64,000 nucleotides of DNA from Octopus bimaculoides (Eukaryota), in contig NC_069005.1 in NCBI RefSeq assembly GCF_001194135.2, positions 8,355,260 through 8,419,259 of the forward strand. The letters run 5' to 3'. The notes below the pieces were generated by a model that was not told the DNA's origin, searched no databases, and saw nothing but the letters and a program-made list of their open reading frames with translations. A program made the position numbers and the translations under genes. Below are positions 38,694-51,830 of the stretch, piece by piece. Every line of letters starts with the position of its first letter. The first letter of the stretch is position 1.

Positions 38694-39319
38694 GCATTCA
38701 TACATTCACATGCAGGAAGACATGTAAGTTCACACAAAAACACACATACCTGAGCATAAACATACATACACATACACACACGTACATAAATGTATGCAAT
38801 TTCCCATGTGCACATGCAAGGTAGTAGATGGATGCTTCAAGTAAGCAAAGAGCCCAGATACTTGCACACCAGAATATATATGCATGTGTCTCTGTGCAGT
38901 TGCTTGCATCTCTATCATTTATTGCATGTTTGCATACGTTAGTCAGTATTCTCATGGATACACATCCACAAACAAGACAGTGCACCTGTTGTCATGGCAA
39001 ATGCCTGTAAACATGCATATATGCAGAGCTTGTTAGATTTAAGGTCATAGAATACTAGAAATAAAAGAATGGAAATGGTTGTGAAACATACTGCAAGTTC
39101 AGGCCTCAAAGCATAACGTACTGGGTTCAGTTCCCAGTTTGTCACGCTTGTATTGTATTGAATTATTCTGATGTGAAATCATGTGTTGAAACAGGTTGTA
39201 TTTCGGTATGGTAATTTTTTTCCAAATAAACACATGCACTATATATTTGTTCTTTATTCGCTTGTTACTGTTCGTATTTTTTGTTTTATTTTAACTCATG
39301 CCATTCACCTGTCTGTTTT

Positions 39320-39645
39320 TCTGCTCACCAGAGAGCTTTGCTAAGTTAACTTTAAGGCTCTTTGTTCCTAGGTTTTCCTTCCATGCCTGGAATTTCATTT
39401 CTAATTTGATCACAATTTCAGCTATAAGGGGAACGTCATTAGCACAAAGGAGATCCTATGGACTCTTGGTCTTAAGTTCCCCTGTTATAGCTTGGAGGAA
39501 TATGATAAATAAGAAGGGGCTGATTACCAAACCTGAGTGAAATACTGTCTGCACACTAAATTTATCGCTGTGTTCATTGCTAGCTCTAATCTTACTCATA
39601 TTATCCTTGTACTTGGTTTGAATGGCTTTCACCAGCCATTCATCT
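39320..39645 (-). mobile_element. Decayed RTE LINE RT fragment
   Basis: EWLVKAIQTKY...SKIR...FSVQTVFHSGLVISPFLFIIFLQAITGELKT matches the RTE 'GVHQGSVLSPLLFIIVL' region. Confidence 0.8.
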
Positions 39646-39668
39646 ACACACACAAAACACCACATATT

Positions 39669-39712
<44 letters not shown>

Positions 39713-39725
39713 GTGNNNNNNNNNN

Positions 39726-39766
<41 letters not shown>

Positions 39767-40699
39767 GTGTGCGTATGTCTGTATACACAAACAATTTATA
39801 AATGTAAATAATAAACAGTGCAAATAATCTCATATTCTGAGAGTACAAATGCAGTAGAGACTAATATTAGTATTAAATTATTCAAATAAATATTAAGGTA
39901 AAGATGCATGAAAATACAAACTAAACAATACTAAAGAATATACAGACATTCCCATAGATATATGTATATATGTTTTTTTTTTTTTTTTTTTTTTACAAAT
40001 TTCACATAGAAATGAATATGCCTGTGAAGAACGTATTGGAAGTTGGAGTGACTTCCCTTTGTTTACATGCTATTTGGAAACAAATGCTTTATTGTCATAA
40101 TGATTATGTTAAAGTAAAGCTGCTTGGAAAACGAATGCTACACCATACAGTTGAATATGCATGCATATAAATAGTTGCATATTGATATAGATAGTTGTTT
40201 CAATTTTCATATAGCAATGAATACCCAAAGATAATGCATGAAGTTGATCACAGAAACGTGCATCTGACTACTCCAACTTTGAGGGAACTCTTTTTCTTAC
40301 TTATGTAAGCAATCATCGCAAAAAAGAAAGAAGGAAATAATGGATTTGATGCATTGCTTGAAGAACCGGAAATGGGGAAACTAATAGTTGTAATAGAACT
40401 CATTTACCTACCAATCTATCTACCTTCATTTCACTTTTCCTACATAGGTTATTTGGAAAACCAAGACGTGTTTGTTCATTCGTTTAATTTTGCGCTTGGT
40501 TTTTACGACCTGCTGTCCTTCCTCTAACCAACCACTTTATAGATTATACTGGGTGCATTAAATCATGGCACCAGTATGTGAAAGGTTGTCATATCTTTGG
40601 CAAGATTAAAGGGGTCCTTTCATCCTTACAGTGTCTCCAATTGTTTGCCAAGCTATACACACCCCACCACTCATATATGCATATATACAGACATATATA

Positions 40700-40774
<75 letters not shown>

Positions 40775-41531
40775 TTATTTAATAGAAGATGGATTTCGTA
40801 TTAGACTTTTATTAAGTACAACATGTTTCAAACCATCAGTTTGGGATTTTTTCAGGTACATTGATAAAGATGTCTCACTAGAGATTTTTAGTGTTGGCTG
40901 GCTTGTAGTTATATGCTCATATATAATCATTGTTTAATGTCCGCTTTCTATGCTAGCATGGATTGGACGATTTGACTGAGGACTGGCAAACCAGATGGCT
41001 GCACCAGGCTCCAATATATATATGCATACACATACAAAAGTGAGTTAAATATCAATACTAATTAAAATGCATTACTTTTTGACTCACCATTGTATGTACA
41101 CCAGTATACATATCGTTGCTATTATGCAAAAGTGTTGTAAGTCCAGAACGTTGCTTTTTCAGAAAATGAAAAAATAGTTTCACTATTCCATTTCTTTTTG
41201 TATTAACAACAGTTTTAGCTTAACAATAATTCTTTGTTGGGTGTATAAAATCCTAACTCCATGCATATATATGATATTTTTAGTCAGAGATATTTTTGCA
41301 AAACTGTCGTATGTGGGACTTATTATACTTTTGACAAATGCTGAACTGTTGTACTACACTTTGACAATTTTCAGATCTAGGCCTCTGAAGCAGGTGGAGA
41401 TACGATAGTTTGACCAAAAGAACTGGCTGTTGCAAGCAGAATTAAATATTGAGAAAAAAAAAACAAAAATAAAAACAAAAAACTGCAGTTGGCCAAATTT
41501 GGACATATGACAGTTTAACATAATAGCAATG

Positions 41532-41584
<53 letters not shown>

Positions 41585-43419
41585 TGCATGCATATATACA
41601 TCTATATGTATATGCACACACACACACACACATACATATGTATATATATGTCCATTTCTACACCTTTGATGGTTCATCATAGGAAAGCTAGCATTACAAA
41701 AAGTGTAACCAAAGTGATTTGATAAAAGTTAGATTGATAAAATAAATACGAGATCGAAATAAGTTCTGGGATCAATATGATCGATTGAAATTCCTCCAAG
41801 GCATTGCCTCAGCAATGCCACAATGCACTAATCGAAGCCATTAAAAAAAACAAAAAAACTATAGCCTTGATGTAGAAATTCTAACAACTCAATATTTGGT
41901 AAATTATAATTATTACTATATTTGATTATGTGATTAACATTCATAGCTTTTGTATCTAAGTTGTATGTTAGCTATTGAAGTTGGTGCTTTGGTAATATCT
42001 GTTTGCCAGGAAATTCTATATTGTTGCAATTATATATGTCTGTGAAAAATTATGTTAGTTCATGTGTTTCCTATTAGTTTATGTATTTTTATTTGGTTTT
42101 ATTATGGTTTTCAGTCATTTGACTGTGGCCACGCTGGAGCACGGCCTTAATGGGTGTTTAGTTCAGTTATATTGATCCTGTTCTGGTCTGGTAGTCATTT
42201 TATCAATTCTCTATTTACCAAATATATAATTGATTTTATCTACTTACTGAGTAACATTCTGTTTAGAGACATCCTCCTCCTATTTCTCCTCATCATTATT
42301 TAATGTCACCTTTTAATGTCATGTGCATGATGGTGATGCTCATTTACGACCATTACAGGATGACAAGTCAAATTTATAAACACACACATGCACAATGAGC
42401 TTTCAGTATCTGCTTACCGAATATACTCACAAGGCTTTAGTTTCCCTGGGAATTATAATAGGAGGCACTTGTGTGTAAGGTGACACACATTGGAAATGAA
42501 CCTGAAATGACATGGTGGGGGTAACAAGCTTCTTGACCTCACATACATTACAAAATATTAACATCTGTACACATGCATATTCACACTTGCACACAAAGCA
42601 TCTATCAAACTTTTACTATCTACTAACTTTTATTGAAAAGGCATTGTATATTTTGGACAGGTGTCTTCATGTTTACCAATGGGATAGAACTTGGAGCCTA
42701 ACAGTTGTGAGGTGACCTTCATAACCACATATCCACATGACCACACCTAAGCCTATATGGAATATTTCATATATAAGTGACAAAGGCTGGAGAACATGAT
42801 ACACAATTCTTGTGAGCTCAGTTTGGGGGCAGGTTTCTCTTAACGGATGAAGGAAAACTCATTTCATCGTAATCTTCCAGTCATTTTTGATGTCATAAAC
42901 ATCAATCAGACCTTGTTTTGTATTGTAATCTATATTTGTTCCAAATTTAAGTGTGAAAGAAAGAAAAAGTCAAACTTTCTCTTTAGGAATCTATATAGTC
43001 AGTTTACAATTTTACAACTTCCTTTACTAAATGGTTCATAAACCTTGACTAAAGTTCCCTCAAAGACCCTTAGAATTTGGCCAAAGTTTTCTATAATATC
43101 GTTCAAACATAATCTTTCAAATTTTGGCTCAATGCCAGCAATTTTGAGGTCAAGGGGAAGCCAGTTAAATTGAGCCAAGTACTCCACTGGTACTTTTATT
43201 GAGTATCAAAAGATGAAATGTATAGTTGAGCTTGGTTGCATTTGAACTCAGAACATAAATAGCCATAACTGCTGCTAAGCATTTCGTCCTGCATGAGAAT
43301 GATTCTGCCAGTTCACCATACTTAGATCTTTCAAACATCTAAACATCTAAACATTAAAACAAAGTTTTGCCTTGAGAACCAGAGGCATTTATTTCTAGTG
43401 TCCCGAATCAGTAATCTTC

Positions 43420-43730
43420 CTTATGCGCTTGCTTCATGGAACTGGGGTGATCCCAGGTTATGGTGCCAGAGATGTCATCGTGCATAAAGCCAATCGGGTC
43501 CATGAGTGCTCCTCATTACTGGTGGTCCTGTTCCAGCTTCTCTGTATCCTCCAAAATAATGCTGAGCCTCTGGAGATCTTCATTAATCACATCCAGCCAT
43601 CTGGTGTGGGGTCTGTCATCCAGCCTGTAGCTATTGCATTGAACAAGGTTAAGGCCCTGGTAGGATGGTGGTAAGTAGAGGACATGTCTGTACCAGCACG
43701 TGGCAGTTGGCTATGAGGCAGTAGTCTGCA
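43420..43730 (-). mobile_element. RTE-type LINE 3' end and UTR
   Basis: Minus strand reads WYRHVL.LPP...RPHTRWLDVINEDLQRL, a typical RTE C-terminus. Confidence 0.7.
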
Positions 43731-45224
43731 AAATGAAATGCTACAACCAAAACAACACTCCCTGTTAGTTTCTTGGTTCATCATTTTAAAAATTCTACAG
43801 TGAAAAATCTAAACAAAATATTGGACACCTCGATACACACACAGTCAGCACAAAAGAGAAGAGCATTGAACTTCATGTGCTACAGCATGGTCCAAGTCAA
43901 AGAAAAAAGTGTTAATAGAAAGTGTAGGGTATTTAGTTCTTGTCTATGTAAATTTTGAGGTTCCCAAATCTCAATGGTCCTTGACACCTTTGCATTTCAT
44001 TCCTTGGGGTCTTAAAAATACCTACAAGCCGTAGGTTAGTAGTAACCTAATAGGCTGCACTTTTCCTTGAAAGAAATCCTCCCTAGGCTTGAGTAGGAAT
44101 TAAATGTACAACATACCAGTTCACAGTGCTGTGGAACAATGCTTCTACCCAAAGCATGAAGAATACATCCCTACACCCCCTACACTTCTCTCTCTCTCAT
44201 ATGCAGTCCACAGATGAGATCCAGAAATTCTCAGTATACAAGACACTTAGTGCTCAAGATTCAAATTTAGATTCCAATGCTTTTACTGGGGATCGATTCC
44301 ACAAGGTAAAGAATGGCTATAAAAGGGATCCATAGTGCAAAAAAATGGTTGAGGATCACTGCCTCACTGTATTTAGTGGAGAAAGAGAAAGTGAAGAAAA
44401 ACTACCATTCAAAATCAGGACAGCTGTATTCAAAGCATTATGCCTTGTATTGAGTCCTGTATTACTTTCTCTTTTTGTGTATCCATCCCTCCCTCTCTTT
44501 CTCTGTCTCTCTCGTTAATTCTTTCTAATTCTGGCACAAGGCCAATAATTCTATGAATGTATTACATCAACCTTAGTGCTCGACTGGTACTTATTTTATC
44601 GAATCTGGGAGGACGAAAGGCTAAGTCGAACTCGGCGTTCTATGAACTTCTTAATGAGTCGGAAGAAATGCTGCTATGCAATTTTTCTGACCTGCTGACG
44701 ATTCTATCAATTCGCCGCTTCCTTAAAATAAACTAACGTTGTTGTCAAACTAAAACAGAAGTCTACTAGAGTTATCGCCCTTGCACTCGTTCACCGCGCT
44801 AAAAAATTTTTTGGCTGTAGAGAAATAACAGTCGGCGATTGTAATTGTTTAAGCACAGGTCATTCGTAATTAAGAAGTAGATGGGACTACGATTAAAGAC
44901 ATTCCAGCCATGACCATCCCATCTTTTTAGAGTTATGTCGAAAGCAGTGTGTTGTTTTCTTTTTAAAAACTGTGGCGTGTAATTTGAGGGAGGTTTGGTT
45001 GATCCCGGGCCAATTATGTATAATGAAAGGTATTCCATTAGTAAGTATATCTTATATTTAGACAAAATGATTACATTATACCGTTCATTCTCTCATTTTG
45101 GAAGAGGATAAAATGTGATTTGACTGCTATTTCTCGAAGATCAACGGACCACGTAGAAGATCTCTCGGTTCAAAGTAGTGAAAACAATGAAAGAAAAATT
45201 TTAAACGATACTAATAATAATAAT

Positions 45225-45503
45225 TTCAAATTTTGCCACGAGGCCAGCAAGATTGGAGAGGGGATAAGACAATTACATTGATACCAGTGTTCAACTGGTA
45301 CTTATTTTATCAACCCCGGAAGGATAAAGGGTAAAGTCAACCTCGGCTTTGTTTGAACTCAGAACGTAAAGATGGATGAAATACCGCTAAGCATATTGCC
45401 CAGTGTGCTAACGATTCTGCCAGCTTGCCTTGCCGCCTTAATAATACTAATGACAATAATAATGATAAAAATAATAACTTAAAATTTTGGTACAAAACCA
45501 GCA

Positions 45504-45534
<31 letters not shown>

Positions 45535-45732
45535 GCGGTATTTCGTCCGTCGCTACGTTCTGAGTTCAACTTCCGCCGAGGTCGACTTCGCCTTTCGTTC
45601 TTTCAGGGCCGATAAAATCAATACCAGTTGAACACTGGGTGGATGTAATCGACTTGGCCCGCCCCAAAATTTCTACTCTTGTGACAAAATTTGAAATCGT
45701 TCTTCTTCTTGTTCTTGTTCTTGTTCTTGTTC

Positions 45733-45770
<38 letters not shown>

Positions 45771-45945
45771 GAGGAGGAGGAGGAGGAGTTAGTCGATGAA
45801 TTCGACCTCACTACTCAACTGGTACTTATTTTATCAGGCCTGAAAGGATGAAAGACTAAGTCGACCTTAGTAGAATTTGAACACACTATGTAACGTGCAA
45901 GAACAAATGACGCCAAGAATTTTCCGAGGCTTTAACCATTCTACT
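45225..45945. mobile_element. Three family A SINE-like copies in alternating orientation (-,+,-)
   Basis: 45225-45440 (-), 45535-45700 (+) and 45790-45945 (-). CpGs are largely intact. Confidence 0.8.
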
Positions 45946-46713
45946 AAATGATGATACCATTTTTCCACTGTTAAATGTTTTTTCATAAGAAGGTTCAATA
46001 AAACGTTGAAAAATAGGATTTGTGTCTCGTGAAGAAAATTGTAAGGTCTCAGACAGGAATATAAAGGCTCCAAAGTGTCACTTCTGCTCACAGCACTAAA
46101 TTATTATTTATCTCACATTAATAAAATCGTTGGACATAATTCTGTTGTTGCTGGCGCTAGGCCAGAAGTCATTTCCTGACAGAAAATAACTTATTCGAAA
46201 TATTTCTAAGTTGCATAAATCTTGGAAGCTAACATTAGCAGTTAGGTTAGAGTGATCTCCCTTTAACGAACAATTTGCAAAATCTGTGACTATCTGCAAT
46301 GGTATCATTTAGTGAAGTGGCTTTCGAAATACCAACCCTTTCTCGCCAAAACATTAGCTATTAACTTTTTTTCAGTTATTGGACTGCAGCCATACTGGAG
46401 CATCTCCTTCGAGGGTTTAGTCGAACAATACGACTCCAGTACCTATTGTTAAATCTGATGCTTATTCTATCTGTTTCTTTTGCCGAACCGCAACACCAGT
46501 TAACTATCGCACACACACGCGCGCGCGCAAACACACACACAGGCTTATTTCAGCTTCCGTCTGTAAAATCCACTCCCAAAGCTTTGTTCGACCCGGAACT
46601 GTAGAAGAAGACAGTCGCCTAATATGAAGCATAGTGGAACTGAACGCAAGGTCGACTGCTTGGGAAGCACGCTCCTTAACCACATAGCCACGGCTGCGCC
46701 TATTTGAGGCTAG

Positions 46714-46796
46714 GCTTAAAGTACCCATGTTTCTTAAGAAGTCACCCATCTAAGTACTAACTCGGCTTAACGTCGCTTGTCTTCGGTGATCGGATG
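46714..46796 (-). pseudogene. Truncated 5S rRNA-derived segment (3' ~85 nt)
   Basis: The plus strand gcttaaagtaccc...gtcacccatctaagtactaac...cttcggtgatcgga is the reverse complement of the conserved invertebrate 5S core (TCCGATCACCGAAG...GTTAGTACTT.GATGGGTGAC). The 5' ~35 nt are absent and there are multiple substitutions. Confidence 0.8.
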
Positions 46797-48311
46797 GTAT
46801 TTATTAATGAATTTCATCCATATGTTTCTTCTTTCTTTCCCACTGTGTTGGACAAGTTTATAAAAATAGTTTAAAACCTTCTTCGTCTTCATTTTATTGA
46901 ACATGACTATTTATTAAGCTCATTTTCAATCCTCATACTTCATCCTCCCCTCCCCCCACAAAAGTACTGTTTAGTTGATCACAAGACCGACGAGCTGATC
47001 ATAAGACAAGCCAGTGTGGTCTTTCAATTTGATTGAAATAGCAGGTAAATTTCCTTCAAATCGTACCATACTGTTTTAAAATAAGGACACATTGAATAAT
47101 GGAGTCTTAAAAACTATGCCCAAAATAAATAAAGAAAAAGAACTTACGATCGTGCTTGGACGTTTTTGATGATGGGTCTGCTCGGATTAGGGTTGAGATT
47201 AGTTCAATAAACGTCATCAGCAACAAAACCAACGTCCACTGCGTCGTATTTGTGTAGAGAACATAAGACAATACCATACCTGTATTTAGTTAGGTCCCAG
47301 GTTCAAACCAGGAGGAGGGCGATAAGTATGCATCAGCTTCTGTTTTTGTTTCGTACAGTTTAGGCTTAGTGCATACAGGACTACTTATTCAATATGCTCT
47401 TGTTTGTTTTTTAAAATGACAGATTGGGAATTGAGTGAGATTTAACTGTTATTTCTAGCAGGTCGACCTACGAAACAGAGGAGCTGTCGTTATCGAAAAT
47501 GCATCGATCTAGTGTAGGGTTTCATATAATCGTTTCTGTACGTCTCTACCACCTTCAACCCACCCAGTTGTGGTGAAGTAAGATGGATTAACCGAATCAT
47601 TAGTGTTGGGCAGGATCCTTTGTGGTATATATTCCAGTTCTCTACGTTCAAATCCCGCCTTTTCTCCTCCAGTGTCCATTTTTATCATTTACGCTAAGGG
47701 CATCAATAAAAATAGAGACGTGGTGAAGTACTAGAGTCGATTTAAATTTATTCCGGTTATGGCCATTCCGTATGTTTTCCCTGGATACTATACATTAGTC
47801 TACGCTATCCAGTATGCAGGCCTCCTGAACTTATTTCCAAAGACAGCAGGTTGTAGTTTGAGGTCGATTTGGTTGCAGTTTGTAGCACATCGAGCGATCA
47901 GTTAGAGACCTTTTTGTTGACTTGTGTTTTACGTTGATCTAAAGTCTCCACTTGGTTTTACTAAAGAAAACATAATAAATATAAGTTGCGTTTTCATTCG
48001 TGGAAGTAACAAAAGAAACTAACTGTAAAATAACAGTGGGGTTTTATTCCTTCGTGAAGTGGTACAGTGGATCGAAGCAAGAAACGTTATGAATTCTGAT
48101 AGTTGTTGTTCATCCATCGTTTGGATAATTCAACTTGGGTCGTTGTTGGTTGCATGGGCTCCGTTATATTAATTCTCCTCTGAAAGATGACAGCATCCAT
48201 GTAACTCGCCTTGATGAAAAACTCTCACCCTCTGATTCGTAAATAATTTGCACACCAAAAAAAAAAAAAAAAATGCTCCAGAACATATACAGATTAATTG
48301 TTAGAGAATAC

Positions 48312-48389
48312 ATTACCGCGCAATTTGATTGGACCTTCGATTCAATTACCGCGCAACTTGATTGGACCTTCGATTCAATTACCGCGCAA
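48312..48389. promoter_or_regulatory. 33-bp tandem repeat (2.4 copies) with CCAAT boxes and E2F-like sites; candidate core promoter
   Basis: Unit attaccgcgcaa(t/c)ttgattggaccttcgattca starts at 48312, 48345 and 48378. ATTGG at 48328 and 48361. It lies in a CpG-retaining domain, with a minus-strand donor-like GAGG|gtgaga at 48229/48228. Confidence 0.55.
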
Positions 48390-51343
48390 CACTCAATCAC
48401 ATGACCCACACAGAACACATGACCCAAAAAAATGTCTCAACACTCACGTGATAGGTATGTTAATCAATCACAATAGATAAACTTGACGAACCTATGCAAA
48501 TCAAAATGTTTTCAATATGCCATAACAGAAATTGGTCTCGCTACATGTGTATTGGTTACGACGTATGAAACATTCCGTTGGCAATCTGACACCCTGCTAA
48601 AAATAGCAGCCAACCACATCTCATCTTACAATTACACCCTGCCCCCACCAAATTTTTTAAAGGGGAAGGACATTAAATAATGTAGTCCTAATGCACTACA
48701 TCTGAAGATAAGATGGTTTCGCTCGGTTGTCTTTGTTCATAGTTCTATTTCCGCCGTTGCTTAATCTGAAGACCGTAGAAGTGTTAGAAAGTTAGCTACA
48801 AAGTCTTGCTGTATTCATTTTCACTCTCTGCGCACCGAGTTCAAATCTTGTTGAGGTCCGCTTTGTCTGCAGTTGTTTCGGGGTTGATAAAAAGACACTA
48901 GTTTTTACTTTTCTCTCAGTTTACTCTTTTGAGTAAATCTGTTTTCAGACGTGGAAGGTGATGGGCTTCGTTGGGTTTAAAGTGCCAAGAAGACGACGTA
49001 TGTCACGAACAGCGCCCTTATGATTTCATCAGAAGTTGAGGCCTTAAAGGATGGTGGTGGTGAGGGGGGGCGGTGGAACAAGCAACAAAGTCTGGATAAA
49101 TTCCGTATTTCGAAGAAAGTACAAATGGATGGGGAAATAATAGAGAAAATTTCCGTGTAAGGTAGTTAACTCTTTTTCTTATTTTTACAGTTATTTCCCT
49201 TGAAAATGGAACAAATGGCTGTTGTATTACATTTTTGCTGTATTAATTAAATATTTCAGTTACTGAGTAATGTAAACAATTCTTAGGGAAACGAACTAGT
49301 CTCGATTCTTAATTGGAGATTCTTCATTTTGCTTCCTCACACTGTTATTATCCTTTGTGAGTTAATGAATGTTAGAAGCACACGTTTATTCTCATTCTTC
49401 TCTCGTGTTGACAAGCTGCGGTTTACTCTTCCCGTAACATCGCATCAACTCTCTTAGCATGTGTTATGTTTCTGTAATTCGTTTTCCTCACACTGATTTT
49501 TTTTTGTCCAATCCCGGAGCAAGTCCTGATCAAAAGCGTTCCATCTCTAACTATCCTGTTGTTTTGTTATACCTTACGGTGCCGTGTCGTGCGATGGCGC
49601 TTATTTTACTTCTTTCTTTGATAATTTGTGATAGTAGATTTCACTATTCCCTCTTGTAAGTCAACCACATGAAGGCCTCAATTTTGGAGGAGGGTTGGGG
49701 AATTATAAAAAAAACCCAAAACAAAGGAAAGAAAAACACGTTAATGATTACGTCCAGGGTCATCTTGAGTCTGCAGGCATATTATCAAAGATGGTCCTGT
49801 TGGAACCATCTTGTCTTTTTGTTATACTTTGATATACATTATGCAAGTTAGTCAATTCAGTTTTGTTTTCTTTGTTTTTTATGGTAGGATGTGAACAATG
49901 TAAATTTGTCTTTTACCAAGTAAATTAAGAGATTATAGGGGCCTTCAACTCTTGACTATCCTACATACAAGCGTAGTTAGAGTGTGTGCTGCCCTGGGTG
50001 GCTCTTCCGTTTGCCGCCCACAGACACCACAAAAAACACATATTGCCTACGACAGGCTGAAAAGTGCCGCTCGGAGCAGACCGACCCTCCCCTCACTTAT
50101 GTTAGTGATCCTACATAAAATTGGGCAGCAACTCACAAAGTTTGCTCTTGAGACTTACTGATTAACATGGAAATGTTTAGATATTCTGGAAACTGAAGCC
50201 TTCTAAATCAAATGTGTACATCTGTTGGTTTGGGTGCTCCTTTGGTGCATCCAATGAGAACTGGTGTGTCGCAGTAATAGGTGACATAAATTTCTTCACT
50301 ATTTGTTTAATGTCTTTCCTTAGCTGTTCTAATCTAAATTGCACAACAACATGAGTAGGGATCCCTTTCTTTTAGGTGAAGTTTGTGTGGTAGAAGACAT
50401 GAAAACTTGAATGAATTTTAAAATCCTACAAGATAGTGAACTACTTCTTCCTATTGCACAACATTGTCTTTGGATTTGTAAATATGAATATTTCCTGAAA
50501 GTGCCTGAAGCAGATGCTAGTTGATAGAGTTGACCATACCATTTTTATTTATTGATATACATATATTTCTTTTTTTACACAGCCACTTGTGTTAGTTAAG
50601 GATGTTGCAGGTTAAGGAACACCTTCAATATCAATCTGCTTGCTGTCTTAACCATTGCACTTACGGAAACTGGGTTCATGGTGTTATTAATGTTGATAAC
50701 TTTGATAGGTTTTGGCCAGTATAGACCCAGCCATAGTTATATATGGGACACCATGGCCTACTCTAGCAAACAGTTATTAGAAAAAAATCTTTCCTCTCCA
50801 ACTAGTAGCAAATTTTTGGCAAAATGACCAGACTGCTGATCTCCCAAAACAAAATAACTGTCATGTATGAAGACAGTTTTAAGGTTTTAAATTTTGGTCC
50901 AAAGTGATGATGATTTAAACCAAGAATGAATTCTGAGGGTTTATCCAGGGCTGGATTAAGACCCATAGAGACCCTAAGCACTTAAAAGGTTTTGGTGTCC
51001 CCATACTTATATATATAAACAATAATAAGCCATAAAATAATTTTTCATTTTTCACAATGGAACAAAATAATAGTATGATGGGAAATAATCTTCATTTTTG
51101 TATACTTCCACTTTACATTTGAAAAGCTTTCTACTGTTTTTGTTATTACAAAACCCTTGATCAGATCCTCATATGACATAACATACACTTCGAAATTATA
51201 TTTCTGATCATATAAACAACTTCGAATATTATGTTAGCAGGTTTAAAATGTTTTCTGGAGAGCTGTAAACTATTTACCACTACTTTTTCTTCTACCCTTA
51301 GAAGTAAATGAACACCTTGAAATATCAGACATGCGCGCGCGCG

Positions 51344-51402
<59 letters not shown>

Positions 51403-51619
51403 TCACGATCACTCCCCTGCACCAGGACACCAAACTTGGCTGCCTCTTCATACTTCCAGTCAATCAACAGCCACTCTCTTGTGAGCACTTTTTTCATGTG
51501 GGCATTTTTTTTCCCCTGGATTCTCCTAACTCTTTCTCTGAATTTAATAATTTTGATTGGAAACTTATCCCATCTTATTGATTTTTGTACTTTTTCTGTT
51601 GTTCTCCCCCCCCCCCACT

Positions 51620-51830
51620 TCTTTATATATATGGCACAATGCATCAAACTGCTAAGGAATGTGAATGCTGGATGCTCCACTGATACAACACTATTCTCAC
51701 CACTAGTAAGTGTTCCAACTGACAAAGGTGTGAAACAAGGAGATAGCATCTCTCTAAAGCTTTTCACTGTATGTCACGAAATGGTGATCAGACACAACAA
51801 TACTAGAGAGGTGGTGTGAACATAAACAGC
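51620..51830 (+). mobile_element. RTE LINE RT fragment
   Basis: IKLLRNVNAGCSTDTTLFS...KGVKQGDSISLKLFT matches the 'GV.QGD.ISP.LF' RT motif. Confidence 0.85.

Noticed and set aside
40210-40530. Possible plus-strand exons (NEYPKIMHEVDHRNVHL... and YLENQDVFVHSFNF...)
   Set aside because: The splice phases of the two pieces do not join in the attractive frame, there is an in-frame stop between them, and no homology is recognised.
42999-43187. Protein-like 62-aa ORF (MEYLAQFNWLPLDLKIAGIEPKFE...)
   Set aside because: The first half is the family A SINE tail, and the remainder is too short with weak splice sites.
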